This document shows positions 1 through 15,084 of a DNA stretch of 64,000 bases, piece after piece. A program made the position numbers and the translations under genes. The stretch lies in the NCBI RefSeq assembly GCF_006345805.1, contig NC_043014.1, forward strand, positions 35,464,001-35,528,000. Direction: 5' to 3'. The stretch is from Octopus sinensis (lineage: Eukaryota). The notes beneath the pieces are model-generated. The model did no database searches, was not told the origin of the DNA, and saw nothing but the letters and a program-made list of their open reading frames with translations. The first letter of the stretch is position 1. The number at the start of each line of letters is the position of its first letter.

Positions 1-594
1 ACACTCCTCCCACACACACACACACGCACACACACATATTATCACATACACAGATATACCCAAACCCCCGCTCACTCATTTCTACTTGAACACTCTCCTT
101 CGTACACCTTCACGTGTGGATACACACACACACACAACACATTAGATTATAGCAGTAATATTACGCGGCATAGCACACATTTTTGGTTGGATCCACTTTC
201 TCCAAAACAAAATTTTATCTCTTAAGCTTGCTCACATTCTTAAAACAACACATCTACCTGCCGTACCTTACACCAGATGGCTCTGCTTGTTGCATTCTTT
301 AAAACAAAATTCACCAAAGTTTCTTTATTATTATTATGCTTCCTTTCTTTCTTTATCTTGATGTATGAATTTATTTATATTATTATTATTATTATTATTG
401 TTGTTGTTGTTGTTGTTGTTGTTGTGTTGTTGTTGCTATTATTATTATTGGTGTTATTATTATCATCATTACGATTATTATCATTATCATTATCATTATT
501 ATCATTATCATCATTATCTTTATTATCATTATCAACATCACCATCATCATCATCATCATCATCGTCATCATCGTCATCATCATCATCATCATCA

Positions 595-633
<39 letters not shown>

Positions 634-1109
634 TATTATTATTATGATCGGGGAAGAATCATTGAAGCCCTTTTTTGTATGTATGCTACAAGAAGTAGGG
701 ATAGGGTGGCTAAACCCTTTATAACTAACCTCCTACCTCTCATTCTCTGTTTTTCTCTGTTTTCCCCTCACTTCAATGAGGTAAGCGCTGCTTACTCGAT
801 CGCTCTGCTAGAAATATCAGCCAAACCACCCTAAAATTACATCCTTGCAGTCGGATAAAGAGATAGTAGGTGTAGGTGTTTTGTACCTATATGCAAAGAC
901 GAGATGTTTACGACTGGAAAGTCTTTGATCACAGGGTAGAGCTGTTGTGAGGTTAATGAACAACAACAAGAATAGCAACTTCGTCACGCTCTTGTATTAT
1001 GTGCACGAGGGAATTGTTGCTATACAGATATAAATGCATACATACATACATACATACATACATACATACATACATACATACATACATACATACTTACAGA
1101 CAGAGACAC

Positions 1110-1203
<94 letters not shown>

Positions 1204-1597
1204 TTACACACACGTGCATATATACATGTGTGGCATAGCTCACTACGCTACGACGTGGGACTTGGGTTCGATTTCACGACGTAGCATTTTTGGTGAATGT
1301 TATCTTGTGTACCTTCCGTTTCACTGATATCGTGTGATTGAAATTCAGCTAACAGAAACTTTATAGTAGTAGACCATCGAGTTGACTTTTTTTTTTCTTT
1401 TAAAAGGTTATAGCCTTGTCACGCTTACCTGAGAACTACGTTAAGGGCACACGTGTTTGTGGAATACTCAGGGACACGTTAAATCAGGAGCAAATAATTC
1501 AGTTAATCGAAGAACAGTATCCTCATCGACAAACGACGGAGATCTACCATATGTTTTTTTGTGTGCGAGAGAGAGCGACAGATCGTGTGTGCATGTG

Positions 1598-1651
<54 letters not shown>

Positions 1652-2499
1652 CATATTTATGTATGTGTGTGTGAGAGAGAGAGTATGTGTATGCGAGTCT
1701 ATGTACGCACGCGTCAGAAAGACCGTGCCTGTGTATGTATGCGTGAGACAGAGAGAAAAAGAGTGGAAGCTAGAGAGAGAGGAAGGGAGAGAGAAAGGAA
1801 GGGAGAGAGAGGGGAAAGGAGAGAGAGAGAGGGAAAAGGAGAGAGAGAGGAATGGAGAGAGAGGAAGCGAGAGAGAGAGAGGAAGGGAGAGAGAGGAATT
1901 GTGTATGTGTGTGTGGGGGTTGTATTTGTATACATGTGCAGGATTCTTCATACGTCGTCTACCTCTCATATTCATAAAATAATGTAAAGAGCGCAGCAAT
2001 CTTACATTTGCGTCTCAGGTTTCGGTTGTGAAACACAATGTTAGAGGAAACCCAAAGGGCTTGTGGGCTTCTCATATTCACGTAGTAATGTCATTTCAAG
2101 AGAACAGGAGTTGGACAAGATGCTGACAAGACAGGAGAAGAATGCAGCTTCTTTGACTCGTCCACCTTGGATAAATAATTTGAATGTGTCTTCGAATATT
2201 TTATACTGAAAGTATGAGTGACATCAAACATCTTGTAACCGCGAACAAATGTATCGGTAGTAGTTTCTAGATCAAATTCAGTTAAAGATGAGACAGTATT
2301 GTCGTTGGAATATTGCAGATAACAGCCCATTGTCCTTGTATGATTTACGTTTTTTAATTTCATCCAAGTCATCGAAGGTTGATGTGGCCAAAACCTTTCA
2401 AACAGTGCCGAGATCCATTCGATGGTCAATATTCGAGAAATTTGAATTCCCAGTCCAACCACTTGAGGTGAATCGAATATATAGTACTGAGGAGCTATA

Positions 2500-3331
2500 A
2501 GAGCAATATGACGGACTTGGGAGATTATATGGTGTTATAGGGCTGTTTATTGAGCTCTCTCTCTCTCTCGATTACTTACCAGTGATTTGAGATTTTATGA
2601 GCTAGGAAGCAATGCGTTGCAGAACATGACCAAAGAGATTCGATTTCATCCTCGTTTGGATTGCCCTAGCTTTATGAAACAGCGTAGAGTATTTTTGGAT
2701 GACGTACAGTCTGTATATCCAGGGCCTCACAACTTTCTCCAACACTTCTGTATAGACAGCATCACTGACTTTAAGTTCTGGGAAAAATGTAAAAGGAATG
2801 ACCTTTCTTTCGTTGCTGATGACTCTCAGAACCATCACAGATGCTAGGAACTTAATATGCATAACCATTGGAACCATATTCGAGTTTTTGCATAACCAGC
2901 TGTCGTTCCTTCGGTCTACCTTTTGGTCCTGGTCGAAATTTTTCTACTCGGAGAAAAACTAAAACATTCCAAACTCTGGTTTTTAACTTGGTTAGCAAGC
3001 GCATTGCACAGATTGAACGATTCTCTTCTGTCACATTCGACATAAACTGACCTTCGCATCACACAACTTGTACCAGATGCTCTCATACACAGCTCTTCTT
3101 ATGGTGCATTCTAGAATCTTGAGGTCCACTGCAATAGCTCTGATTGACTTTGTGGGTGGGGGTGTCGATTATTTCTTTTGTAAAACCTTATATGTTCTAA
3201 TGGTATTACAACTATGTGCATGAGATTTGTGTTTAGTTTCTGCTGTTGGGTCACCTTCAGTAGCTTCCAGTTCCTTTCGAACTTTGACAACAAAAAATCG
3301 GGAAACTTCCAGGAAACGGGTTATCTCTGTA
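2500..3331 (-). mobile_element. Decayed Tc1/mariner (maT/DD37D-like) transposon
   Basis: ORF 2602-2877: VPMVMHIKFLASVMVLRVISNERKVIPFTFF..YTEVLEKVVRPWI resembles maT transposase (TKFPASVMVLGVVSNEG..VVKPWI). Several stops and frameshifts. Confidence 0.75.
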
Positions 3332-4242
3332 TCACTATGCTGCGCTTTTAAAGCAACTATGACAATTTGCCTTTCATTTGCTGAGTCAACCTGATTTCTG
3401 ACATTGTTTATCTGAAAAATAAGGTAAAATAATACGTTCGAAGAACTTTAGAGCTCTTGGAAAAGGTGTCCTCAAAAAAGCTGGTGCACGCTCTATTTCA
3501 ACAGCAACAAGGCATTTTGTATGTATGTGTATGTGAATATTTGTATGTTTTGTTTTATGTTTGTATTTTCATGCTTATAGTTGCATATCTAGGCGTGCTC
3601 ATATATATTTAAATGATCAATTTCTGGAGAGTTTTACAGAATTTTACAGTTACAATAATGGCTTGGATCTTAGCCTTCGAATTATCTTTCTCCTTTCTGG
3701 TTTTGAGAAGCCTAATTTTTCAAATGTATGTATGTATGTATGTATGTATGTATGTATGTATGTATGTACGCATGTATGTAAATCCATCAAATAATTTGAT
3801 GACTGACATCTTTATATGTAAATCTTTTGGTGACTCAATCTTTGAAGTATGATATCAATCGCCGTCGGAACATGTAAGTATTGGTTTTGAAAAGACAATA
3901 TGTACCTTTATGTACATTCACCTTTTCATGCAAATAATGCCGAGTTACTTCTTTATATCTTTAATCTTATGCCAATAATGAGACCGCCAATTGAGTTACG
4001 GCTAGCAGTATCTTCCCCTTGTAAAACGTCAATGTGCTCTTCTAGAAAGTGGTCTTTGAACTGCTTCTTCAAGCCCTCCAGCCAGCCTTTGACGCTTCCG
4101 CCAAACGTTGACCATGTGGTAGCGCACACGAGTTTTACAAGGAAGACGCGAATTAGACATTTGCGTGGCAGCCTCCAAGCCATCTCAGTTCGTACCTGTA
4201 TAACGTGGATTCAAATACGGCTGGTATACACACAGACAGACA

Positions 4243-4298
<56 letters not shown>

Positions 4299-4466
4299 CA
4301 CACACACTCACACACACACACACACACACACATACACAAACCACAAAGAATATTGTAGTTTTGCTTTCTTCATCACACCAATAGTGCCTCTGTTCATGTT
4401 TTTGGATAAACACCTCACAACTTAAAAGAAATGAAGGAAGTGATTGATGTACAAGTGGTAGTAGTT

Positions 4467-4503
<37 letters not shown>

Positions 4504-4726
4504 GAGGAGGAGGAGGAGGAGGAGGGATGTAGTACGGGGAAGTGTATTTCTTTGTAAAGCAGAGGACGTTTCCAGAAGACGATGAATCAAGATTATAAAT
4601 GACACCTATAATGTTAACCCGTTGATATCCGACTTGTCTGACGTTCTCACTGTCTCTTCGTCTCTATTGCTCTCTTTCATTTTCGTCTGCTCATTCTGTC
4701 TCTCACTTCTATCTATCTTTCTAGAA

Positions 4727-4761
<35 letters not shown>

Positions 4762-5083
4762 GCGTATTTGTTTGTGTCTATATGCCTATTTATTTCTCTC
4801 CTTAACTCTCACTTCTTTCTTTTTTTGTTAACTCTGTCTATTTCTCTTTCCACATACGCATACAGTCATACTATCATACATACATTTACATACTCGACAC
4901 ACACATACACACATACACGCACAAATGCACACACACACATACACGCACACACAACACACACACACATACATAGACCATCGATATTTCTATCTGGCAATCT
5001 AGTTGTCTATCCATCCACCTACATTATTATAGGTGTGTCTCCCCATCCATCAGCTTATTCTTACAATATGCATATATATATAG

Positions 5084-5116
<33 letters not shown>

Positions 5117-5152
5117 TATATATTATATATATATATATATATTCATAGTTAT

Positions 5153-5196
<44 letters not shown>

Positions 5197-5875
5197 TTAA
5201 TATCTATAATGTGTATTGTGTGTGTTTGTGTGTATTTGAATCGTATTTGAATCCAGGACGTAAGCAGGTGAAACAAAGTAAAAAAAAAAGAAACAAACAT
5301 AATATTTAAAAGAAAAAGTTATTTAGAACGAAGTCTTCCATGGCTGCTGACTCATATCTTTACAACTCAGGCCCACCTTCAAAAGACTGAGAAAAGAAAC
5401 ATATGTTTTATCTCCGATTCTTAAGTCTTGAGAGGTTGATGTTTCTAAGGTGATGAAATAGCAAGGTTGGTAGAGTGGCAGACAAAATGCCTGCTGGTGT
5501 CAGGTTACACCTTTCATTTTTTTCTAGCTTTGAATCTGTTGAATTCGACATTGTTTTTTATTATCGCTGAATCGATTGAATAAGTACTCCGGAACTGGGG
5601 ACAGTATAATCGACTGTCCTCCACCACTCAGATTTCTGGGCTTGTTCCTATATTAAAAACTATTATTTCTATAATTGCTATTATTATTATTATTATTATT
5701 AATATTATTATTATTATTATTATTATATTATATTATTATTATCATCATCATCATCATCATCACCATCATCACTATCATCACCATCATCACTATCATCACC
5801 ATCATCACCATCATCATCATCATCATCACCACCATATCCTCCACCACCACCACCACCACCACCACTACCACCACT

Positions 5876-5906
<31 letters not shown>

Positions 5907-5912
5907 TCATCA

Positions 5913-5945
<33 letters not shown>

Positions 5946-6129
5946 TATGTTTGACTTTTGCTTTACATTTGTACAAGCTGGCTCCAAGTCTCACCCAGAG
6001 ACCTCAAGAGACAACAAGTTGGAAGTTCATGTTGGTGTTATGCCTAGGGTGCCATATATTTGGTTTTGTACTTAGTGTTGTACTTATTATTATTATTATT
6101 ATTATTATTATCATTATTATTATTATTGA

Positions 6130-6680
6130 GTGAGGGAGCAATGCATGCCATCAATATGATGACACCGGGATACAAATATACAAGTCCAATATACCCACCA
6201 TGACTACCCAACTGATAAGGGTACACCAAGCACATGCATCACAACCATATGTGCGCGACATGATGATCTCATGTCAAGATAAACAGCGCATGAGCTTGTA
6301 GGTGGGGCTCAGTTCGAATTTTTTTTCAGGTCGAGTAGCCCATCCTGCTCAAAAGGCCTCTAAATAAGGTTTGTTTATGAATGATGAACGAAACTACCAC
6401 GTTTCTAGAGGCGAATTATTAAAACACCAAAGAATTCCTCTTAACACAAGGCTATGATGATCTCCCCCACTACTCCTGCTCATGATCAGAGATGCACAAA
6501 TCGTCAGCGATTAAGGGACATGCTCAACTGATTGAGGTCAAGCAATTGATAAGCAACTCTGTGGTAGTGAGCAGAATATTTGCTGTAACCCAAGACAAAA
6601 CATGTACATGATAACACTTCCAATCAGTTAATATCAGAAACCATGAGAGTAACTGCCCGGTACAGCATCAGGTCATCATT
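6130..6680 (-). mobile_element. Non-coding interspersed repeat with (TAA)n tail; second copy at 59476-59900
   Basis: Clear colinearity between copies (tcaagataaacagcg; gaattcctct; tgatcagagatgc; gcagaatatttgctg). Both abut (TTA)n; strand inferred from the tail. Confidence 0.7.
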
Positions 6681-6759
6681 ATCATTATTATTGTTGTTGT
6701 CGTCGTCGTCGTTGTTGTTGTTGTTATTATTTTTATTATTATTACCATCCTTATTATTC

Positions 6760-8120
6760 CTTCGCAACACAGTGCGAGTTAAAATGCACCGGAGTCTTTA
6801 GTCATCTATCAAGTCACAACAAGGACCTCAGACAGATAATAGTTTCCCTAAGATGAACGCCGTGCTCAATAAGGCTGATTTTTGCAAGACATCAATCTTG
6901 CATGGTATTTCCATTTGCCTTAAGAAGTCTTGAAGTTTCAATGAGATTGAGTCAAACGCTCCGATCACCACTGGTGTCACTTTTACATTACCGCTCGCAT
7001 TCCATATACAGTCTTGCCATTTCCACTTTCAATTCGGAGTACTTGGTGATTTTGTCAACCTCTTTACTCACAGCATTCATGTCATTTGGTGTGGCTACAT
7101 CAATGATCCGACAGTATTTGTCTCTCTTATTCAAAATAGAAATATCTGGCCGACGGTGTTCGATTACACAATTTGTCTGAAAATCATAGTTCCAGAGTAT
7201 CGTTACTTTTTCATCTTCCTACATACATTTACTTGGTACATGATCATACCAGTTCTCTGTTACTTCATATTGGTATTTACGGCATAAGAGCCAACAGAAG
7301 ATACACACACACACTTTATAATGGCGGCGCTTGTATTCTTTTTGTGCAAATCCTTGACATCTACTTACCAAGTGGGTCATATTTTCCATACTCTTTCCTC
7401 AGAGTCTGTATTTCTGGGTGTCTGAAGTTTTATAGATGTTATAATTCACTGAATTGGTAGCGAGAGCCTGGTCTTGTGCAGCAATGATCAGGATTTCGGT
7501 GGTACACTCCAAATCACCATACTGCATTGTCATTAACGTCTTGTGTATTCCTTTCAAACTGTCCATGCATTCTCATTTTAAAAGGGTCTTCTCTTCTCCT
7601 CAGCTCCATCTGTTTTTCAGATTTTCCAAACAATTTCAGGTCATCTATAAACAAAAGATGGTTCAATGATGGACCTTTTTTCCACATCGGTAACCCATCT
7701 TAACATTCTTATGGGTATTAGTGCAATTACAAAAAGTAACGGAGAAAACGAGTCATCTTCGAAGATTCCCCTTTTAATATTAACTTCTCCAAGGAATACA
7801 TTACTTGAGTACAATTAGGTTTTCCAATCTTTCATGCTATACATCAGAAAATTTGTGATGTTGTCAGCAACACAAAACATCATATCATATGCCTTCTTAA
7901 AGTCAATCCAAGCGATAGACATGTTTGTATGATGTTTTTTACAATGCCTCAAAGCTGATGACCAGGTGATCCTTGGTACCCTGAGAACTCTTCCTACATC
8001 CTTTTTGTTCCCTTGGTAGTATTTCTTCCTGTGCCAGGAAAGTGTATCTTTGTTGCACATATTCCAGTGAATATCTTCCAGATTATGTTTAGGTACCACA
8101 ATATTCCTCTTTCTTCTATC
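6760..8120 (-). mobile_element. Decayed R4/Dong-like non-LTR retrotransposon (RT plus restriction-like endonuclease)
   Basis: HCKKHHTNMSIAWIDFKKAYD RT motif (ORF 7815-8099). Near 7170-6950 the minus strand reads IEHRRPDI..CRIIDVATP..KITKYSEL. Flanked by (TTA/TTG)n. Confidence 0.8.
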
Positions 8121-8131
8121 TTATTATTATT

Positions 8132-8163
<32 letters not shown>

Positions 8164-8183
8164 CGTCGTCGTCGTCGTCGTCG

Positions 8184-8218
<35 letters not shown>

Positions 8219-8457
8219 AGGGGAGCGAGCTGGCAGAATCTTTAGCTCGCAAGAAAAATGCTTAGCAGCATTTTGTCTTTCTTTACAATCTGGGTTCAAA
8301 TTACGCCAAAATCGACTTGGTTCTTCATCTCTCCGGGTCGATGAGAAATAGTACCAATCAAGTACTAGGGTCGATGGAATCGACTAAATCCGATGTAAAA
8401 CAAATGCTGGCTGTACCTAAAACAGAAACAATTATTAATATATTAATTGTAGCTAAT

Positions 8458-8667
8458 ATTGGTTTCAAATTTTGGCCAGCAAGTTCAAGGAAAGGGTAAC
8501 ACGGCTACACTGACCCCTGTGTTTCACTGGTACTTATTTTATCGAACCCAAAAGGATAAAAGGCAGAATCGATCTCGGCAAAATTTGAACTCAGAACGTA
8601 ACAATAGACGAAATGCCGCTAACCATTTTGCCCGGTGTGCTGACGATTCTGCCAGCTCGCTGCCTTA
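8458..8667 (-). mobile_element. tRNA-derived SINE, family B
   Basis: Reverse complement of aaggcagcgagctggcagaa..gagttcaaatt. Confidence 0.8.
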
Positions 8668-9684
8668 ACTGTAGCTAATATTAATATCAATTGCTAATTA
8701 GTAGAATCATTGGGGCATTAGGAAAGTAGCATGCAGTTTTTATTTAGGCTTTTTGCATTCCAACTTTACCTTCCATGCTCTGTAGGTTGATAAGTTAACG
8801 GTCCAGTACTGGGATAAACGGTCAAGTACTGCGCTTACTTACAGCTGAGGGGACTGGAGCTTCGTGAAATGGAGTGTGTTGTCCAAGAACACAACACATC
8901 GCCCGATCCAGGAATCAAAATCACGATCTAGCGGTCGCGAATGTAACACCTTGACCAATAGACCACGCGCCTTTATAAGCAACAGAAATACGTCGACTCT
9001 TTTTAGGGATTCGAAGAAAGTTGAAATTGTAGATCATTTTCAAGTTTCTAGGGCCGAGAAAATAACAGCCAGTCAAGTGATGAGGTCAATTTAATAAACT
9101 TGTTCTGCACGTAAAAGTAAAACATTGATAAATTTCTTAACTTTACTTTCCGAGTAATTTTCTGGCCAAATCGATATTGCTGCATCGCTGGAGAGACATC
9201 ATTTTCCAAGTGTAATCCATAATGACGATGTCTGACTAGCTTTTCCGAAACATTGAACTGATTTCATGCATCTTCTGAATCGCTGTGCATTTTCAGTGAA
9301 GACAGATGTCAGATTTAACCTCCTAGACCTATGTAACAATGAGTTCTATTGCTGACCGCTATAAAAGAGATGGACAGTAGCGTCTCTGTGAAGCCAAGTC
9401 TCTTATCAAAAATTTAAAATGATATCCAGCATTGTGACACGAGAGGAAAAGAGAGGGAAGTTGAGAGAAAGAGGGGGAGGGAAGAAGAGAGGTCGACAGA
9501 GAGAAAGAGATGTGAGAAGGAATAAATGAAAAGAACAAGAGTAGGAAACAGACACATAGGAGATGTAGAGGCGGATAGACAGAGACATGCATACACACGC
9601 ACACAAACTCACACACGCAAGCTTGCACACGTATTCACACGCACTCATGCACGCACGTATACGCACATATGCATACATCCAAAA

Positions 9685-10425
<741 letters not shown>

Positions 10426-11437
10426 GGGAGACTGACAGACAAACAGACAGGCTGGCATGTATACAGATAACTAGATGGATCTAATGAAAGTGTCAAACAA
10501 AAATAAAGACAATATTTCGTCTAAATTAATTATCTTCTTTATTAATTTGCAGCTTGCAAATTGCAAGATTATGATTTTACACAAACATGAAATACATATG
10601 CTCGCGTGCGCGTGTATTTTCTGGCGACTGTGTTTTGTGCGCTAGTGTTTGCGTTCGTGTCTGTGTCTCTGTTCATACACGCACTTTATTCATATGATCA
10701 TCACATTGTATTGACCGTTACAATAGATAAACACAGACTGTGGGAAAGAGAATGAAGAAGGGAGGTTAAGGAGAGAGAGAGAGAGAGAGAGAGAGATGAG
10801 TGCAGGTGGGAAAGAGGGAGAGAGCTATTAATTATGTAACTAACAAATTGTAACACAATTATGATTCGTCCACATGAGTCTGTCTGTTGAGATAATTAAC
10901 AAAATTAATACGGAGTAACCCCGTCGCAGACATCGACAGCAACATTGATGATGATGTCGATGAGAACAAGAACAGTGATTATAACAATAGTAGCAACAAC
11001 AATAGCTACGCTAATTACAATATCCACGAGATCCGGAGCAATACAACAAACAGCAAACATATCAGTTCCTGCAAAAACAAAGCTATTAATACCGAAGCAA
11101 CAGTGGACCAATCAACATCGATTTCGTTTTGATTATCCTCATTATCACGGTAATATGTGAGTTGTCATCGTTATCGCCGTCGTTGAGATATTATCATCAT
11201 CATCGTCGTCGTCGTCATCATCTTGGACGCAATCATCTCAACTACAATCATCATCAGCAGCAGTAGCAGCAGTAGCAACAGCAGCTGTAGCGGTAACAAC
11301 AGCAATAACAGCAACAGCACCAACAAGTGGAGGCGCAATGGCCCGGTGGTTAGGACAGCGGACTTACTATCATTAAGTTTCACTAAAATTAATATAATAA
11401 ATGTGAACGTCAGTGTATCACACTTTCTCAAATATAA

Positions 11438-11657
11438 TAAGTCCTTTCTACTGGAATACAAAGCCTCAAATTTTGGGGAAAGGCATTAAGTCAATTACAT
11501 CGACACCAGTACGTAACAGGTACTAATTTTATCGACCCCGAAGGGATGAAAGGCAATGTCGACCTAGGTGGAATTTGAACTCAGAACGCAGCAGCAGATG
11601 AAATACCGCTAAGCAGTTCGCCCGGCGTGCTAACCACTCTGCCAGCTCGCTGCCTTA
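11438..11657 (-). mobile_element. SINE family B
   Basis: Homologous to other family B copies. Confidence 0.85.
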
Positions 11658-11772
11658 ATAATATAATATAATATAATATAATATGATATAATATGATATG
11701 ATATAATATGATATGATATGATATAATATGATATGATATGATATGATATAATATAATATAATATAATAATAA

Positions 11773-12111
11773 GGGTAAAGACCCCCTTCGGTCATGAATG
11801 ACCATGTGATTGCACCTAGAAATTTACCCTCCTAGACACAAGTCCGGGCAAGGTTGTTTATGGAAGACCAGCAGTCGCCCATGCATACCAGCCTCCCCTC
11901 TCCACGCCACCAGTGTTATCCAAGGGTAAGACAAAGGTCGATACAGCTTGGCACCAGTGACGTCGCAACTCATTTCTACAGCTGAGTGAACTGGAGCAAC
12001 GTGAAATAAAGTGCCTTGCTCAAGAACACAACACGCAGCCCGGTCCGGGATTCGAGCTCACAACCTCACGATCGTAAGCTCGACGCTCTAACCACTGAGC
12101 CATGCGCCTTC
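11773..12111 (-). mobile_element. tRNA-derived SINE, family D
   Basis: Minus-strand head gaaggcgcatggctcagtggttagagcg..tcgaatcccgg. Decayed copy at 58183-58495. Confidence 0.85.
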
Positions 12112-12162
12112 AATATAATATAATATAATATAATATAATATGGTGATTGTCAGAATAATGTA

Positions 12163-12212
12163 GACAGCTCTGATGAGAACCCAATAAGGTTCGAAAATCG
12201 ATTAAGGTTGTT
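12163..12212 (+). ncRNA. Type I minimal hammerhead ribozyme (PLE-type)
   Basis: acagct-CTGATGA-gaacc(caataa)ggttc-GAAA-atcgat-TA-aggttgt. Canonical core, perfect 5-bp stem II, palindromic stem III (AATCGATT), stem I with one bulge. Confidence 0.8.
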
Positions 12213-12257
12213 CATAATATTTTTCAGTCTGCGGAGAAATAGCTAAAATTATCGTGT

Positions 12258-12503
12258 GGAGGTGCGTGGCTGAGTAGTTACGGTTTTGAACTCATGGTTG
12301 TAAGGTTGTGGTTTCGATTCCTAGACCGGGCAATGCGTTGTGTTCTTGAACAAAACACTTCATTTCACGTTGCTCCAGTCCACTCAGCTGGCAAAAATGA
12401 GTAATCCTTCGACGGACCGGCGTCCCCTCCAGGTGGGGAATTTCTACGCCACTGAAACCGGGAAACCGGCCCTTATGAGCCTGACATGGCTCAAAAAGGA
12501 ACA
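12258..12503 (+). mobile_element. SINE with family D-like head and a different tail
   Basis: Shared core ttgtgttcttga..atttcacgttgctccagt.cactcagctg. Related copy at 44690-44920 (-). Confidence 0.8.
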
Positions 12504-12629
12504 TTTTTTTTTATAATATAATATAATATAATAAATGTGAATGTCAGTGTGTCAGTTTGTCAAGCTTTTTCAACTTTACTCCTAGAGGCCGTAGCCCAAC
12601 ATATCATACCATTTTGGAATCAGACTGAC

Positions 12630-12925
12630 CCCGTGAATAAATTAAAAACACCCCGTTCCGAATCCGGACTCACAATCCTGAAATTTGGGATTCCTATACT
12701 TTCATTACTGTGATTGTATTCGGCAATTTTTTTACGTGACTATTTGCGACAAATTTTTTTGTACGATAGCAAATTTTATAATCTAATGGCTAACTCCGTG
12801 AGTAAATTAAAAAATATTCCGGGCCTAATCCGGACCTGCAATCCTGAAATTTTGGATTCCTATGTTTTCATTACTGCGATTGTTTAGGGCAATTTTTTTT
12901 ACATGTTTTTTGGCGACGAATATGG
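12630..12925. repeat. Diverged direct repeat (~120-bp unit, ~165-bp period)
   Basis: ccgtga.taaattaaaaa..aatccggac..caatcctgaaattt.ggattcctat..ttcattactg.gattgt occurs twice. Confidence 0.8.
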
Positions 12926-13075
12926 TCGTCATTGGGATATGACTCTGGAGGAAGCAATTGCAACAAATTCTCCAAAACAAATCAGAGATCTGTTTGCAGA
13001 TCTTCCCATTCAGGGTTAGTTGCTTAAAAGCTATATACCAGCTCATAAGCCGCCCTATCGGTTGGCTTTTAAGAT

Positions 13076-13111
<36 letters not shown>

Positions 13112-13581
13112 CATATATATATATATGTATGTATATATGTATATATTTGTAAATATAAATATAAGTATGTATGTGTGTGTGTATGTATACATATATTACA
13201 GTTGTTTTATTTTTCTTCGGTTTTATAGAAGTATTTCCGTTTCAAATCCTAGCTGTTCACTAGAAAGATTTTTCTTTCTTTGCTTCCCATTCATTTCAAT
13301 GTTATATAACTTAGAAGACAATAGGAAGATACATTTCGCATTACGGAATTCTATGTCACGACAAGACTTTCAGAAACGCCACTACACTAGAGACATGCAA
13401 TGTTTAATAACCAATATACAGTGAAGTTATGCAATGCACATATACACTACTAATATACAGTACTAATACACGATGCAATAGTCAAAATAAATATACAATA
13501 TAACACAATATATATACAATATATTGTTATATGCTTGTGTTGTATATCATTCCTATTGTGTATTCGTATTGTATATGTGTT

Positions 13582-13637
<56 letters not shown>

Positions 13638-13638
<1 letters not shown>

Positions 13639-14087
13639 TTTTATTCTTTTATTCTTTCTTTTTGTTTGTTTCAGTCATTTGACTGCGGCCATGCTGGAGC
13701 AACGACTTTTTTTAGTCGAACAAGTCGATCCCAAGATTTATTCTTTGTAAGCCTAGTACTTATTCAATCGGCCTCTTTCGCCGAACCGCTAAATTACGGG
13801 GACGTAAACACACTAACATCGGTTGCCAAGCGATGATGAGGTGTACAAACCCAGACACACAAATATACACACACATACACACACACATACATACTCACAC
13901 ACACACACACACGCACGCACAATCACATATATACGACAGGCTTCTTGCAGTTTCCCTCTACCAAATCCAATCAGAAGGATTTGGCCGGCTCGAGCTATAT
14001 AGTAGAAAACACTTGCACAAGGTGCCACGCAGTGGGACTGAACCCGGAAACATGTGGTTGGTTAGCAATCTACTTAGCACACAGCCA

Positions 14088-14090
<3 letters not shown>
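13638..14090 (-). mobile_element. tRNA-derived SINE, family A (internal microsatellite)
   Basis: Homologous to 19044-19460. Confidence 0.85.
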
Positions 14091-14132
<42 letters not shown>

Positions 14133-14162
14133 GTGTGTGAACTAAACCCCTCATATTCTCTC

Positions 14163-14242
<80 letters not shown>

Positions 14243-14472
14243 ATGAGGGGTTAATTCCCTGGTGATCTAAACGAACAGTTATGCTGAGTAAATGCTATAA
14301 TGGTCATCCGTTAGGTTCCAAGATCACAGCTGAAGCTGGAGCTAGTGATCCGTATTAGGCTTTCGAGTTAGCAGGTATATACTATATTCGAAGGAAAAGG
14401 ACAACAAAAACCAAGGCAGGACAAGTATCTCAAGTCATTTAGAATATTTCATTAGGGTAAGGTGAATTTGAA

Positions 14473-14548
14473 GTCTTACAGCTGTTTCAGGTATATCCCA
14501 AGTGATAGACTAGCATGTCCGTACACTGGATATTCCGTCATCAGAGAC
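14473..14548 (-). ncRNA. Type I hammerhead ribozyme, left arm of foldback element
   Basis: Reverse complement: gtct-CTGATGA-cggaatatcca...tgggatatacct-GAAA-cagctg-TA-agac. Palindromic stem III ACAGCTGT, GUA cleavage triplet. Confidence 0.8.
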
Positions 14549-15008
14549 AAGGTAAGTAGACAGGGAAATTCAGAGTTTATAGGATTGAGGAATATGTTGA
14601 AGAATAAAAAGTAAAACAGTAGTTAGAAGAATACAGACAGGAGAATAAAATTCACAGATCATCTTTTTCCAAAGAGTATAGAGATTGGTTCGCACTTCGG
14701 TGAACGTATATGGCCTTAGGTATAATCCCAAGTAAATCCAGGCAGTATTTTGGCCGTATTTTGAATGTTGCGTTCATACTGAATACTGCCAAAATACTGC
14801 CTGATATACCTGGGATTATACCTAAGGACCTATACCTTCACAGAAGTACGGACCAATCTCCATACCCTTTGGGAAAAAGATGAGCCGTGAATTTTATTCT
14901 CCTGTCTGTATTCTTCTGTCTGCTGTTTTACTCTTTATTCTTCTCCCTACTATTTTATTCCTTATAAACTCTGAATTTCCGTCTAGAACTTTCATACATA
15001 CTCACCTT

Positions 15009-15084
15009 GTCTCTGATGATGGAATACTCAGTGTACGGACATGCTATCCTATCACTTGAGATATACCAGAAACAGCTGTAAGAC
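15009..15084 (+). ncRNA. Type I hammerhead ribozyme, right arm of foldback element
   Basis: gtct-CTGATGA-tggaatactca...tgagatatacca-GAAA-cagctg-TA-agac. Long stem II, palindromic stem III, GUA site. Confidence 0.85.

Noticed and set aside
277-834. Long ORFs with poly-L/S/I/H, YI, CV, LSIY or ER repeats here and throughout (e.g. 1416-1982, 9406-10059, 53876-54767, 55105-55704)
   Set aside because: They are translations of microsatellites, open in several frames and strands, with no domain signal.
2091-2462. 123-aa minus-strand ORF of complex sequence
   Set aside because: No recognisable family. It may be decayed transposon sequence; a tBLASTn or HMM search is needed.
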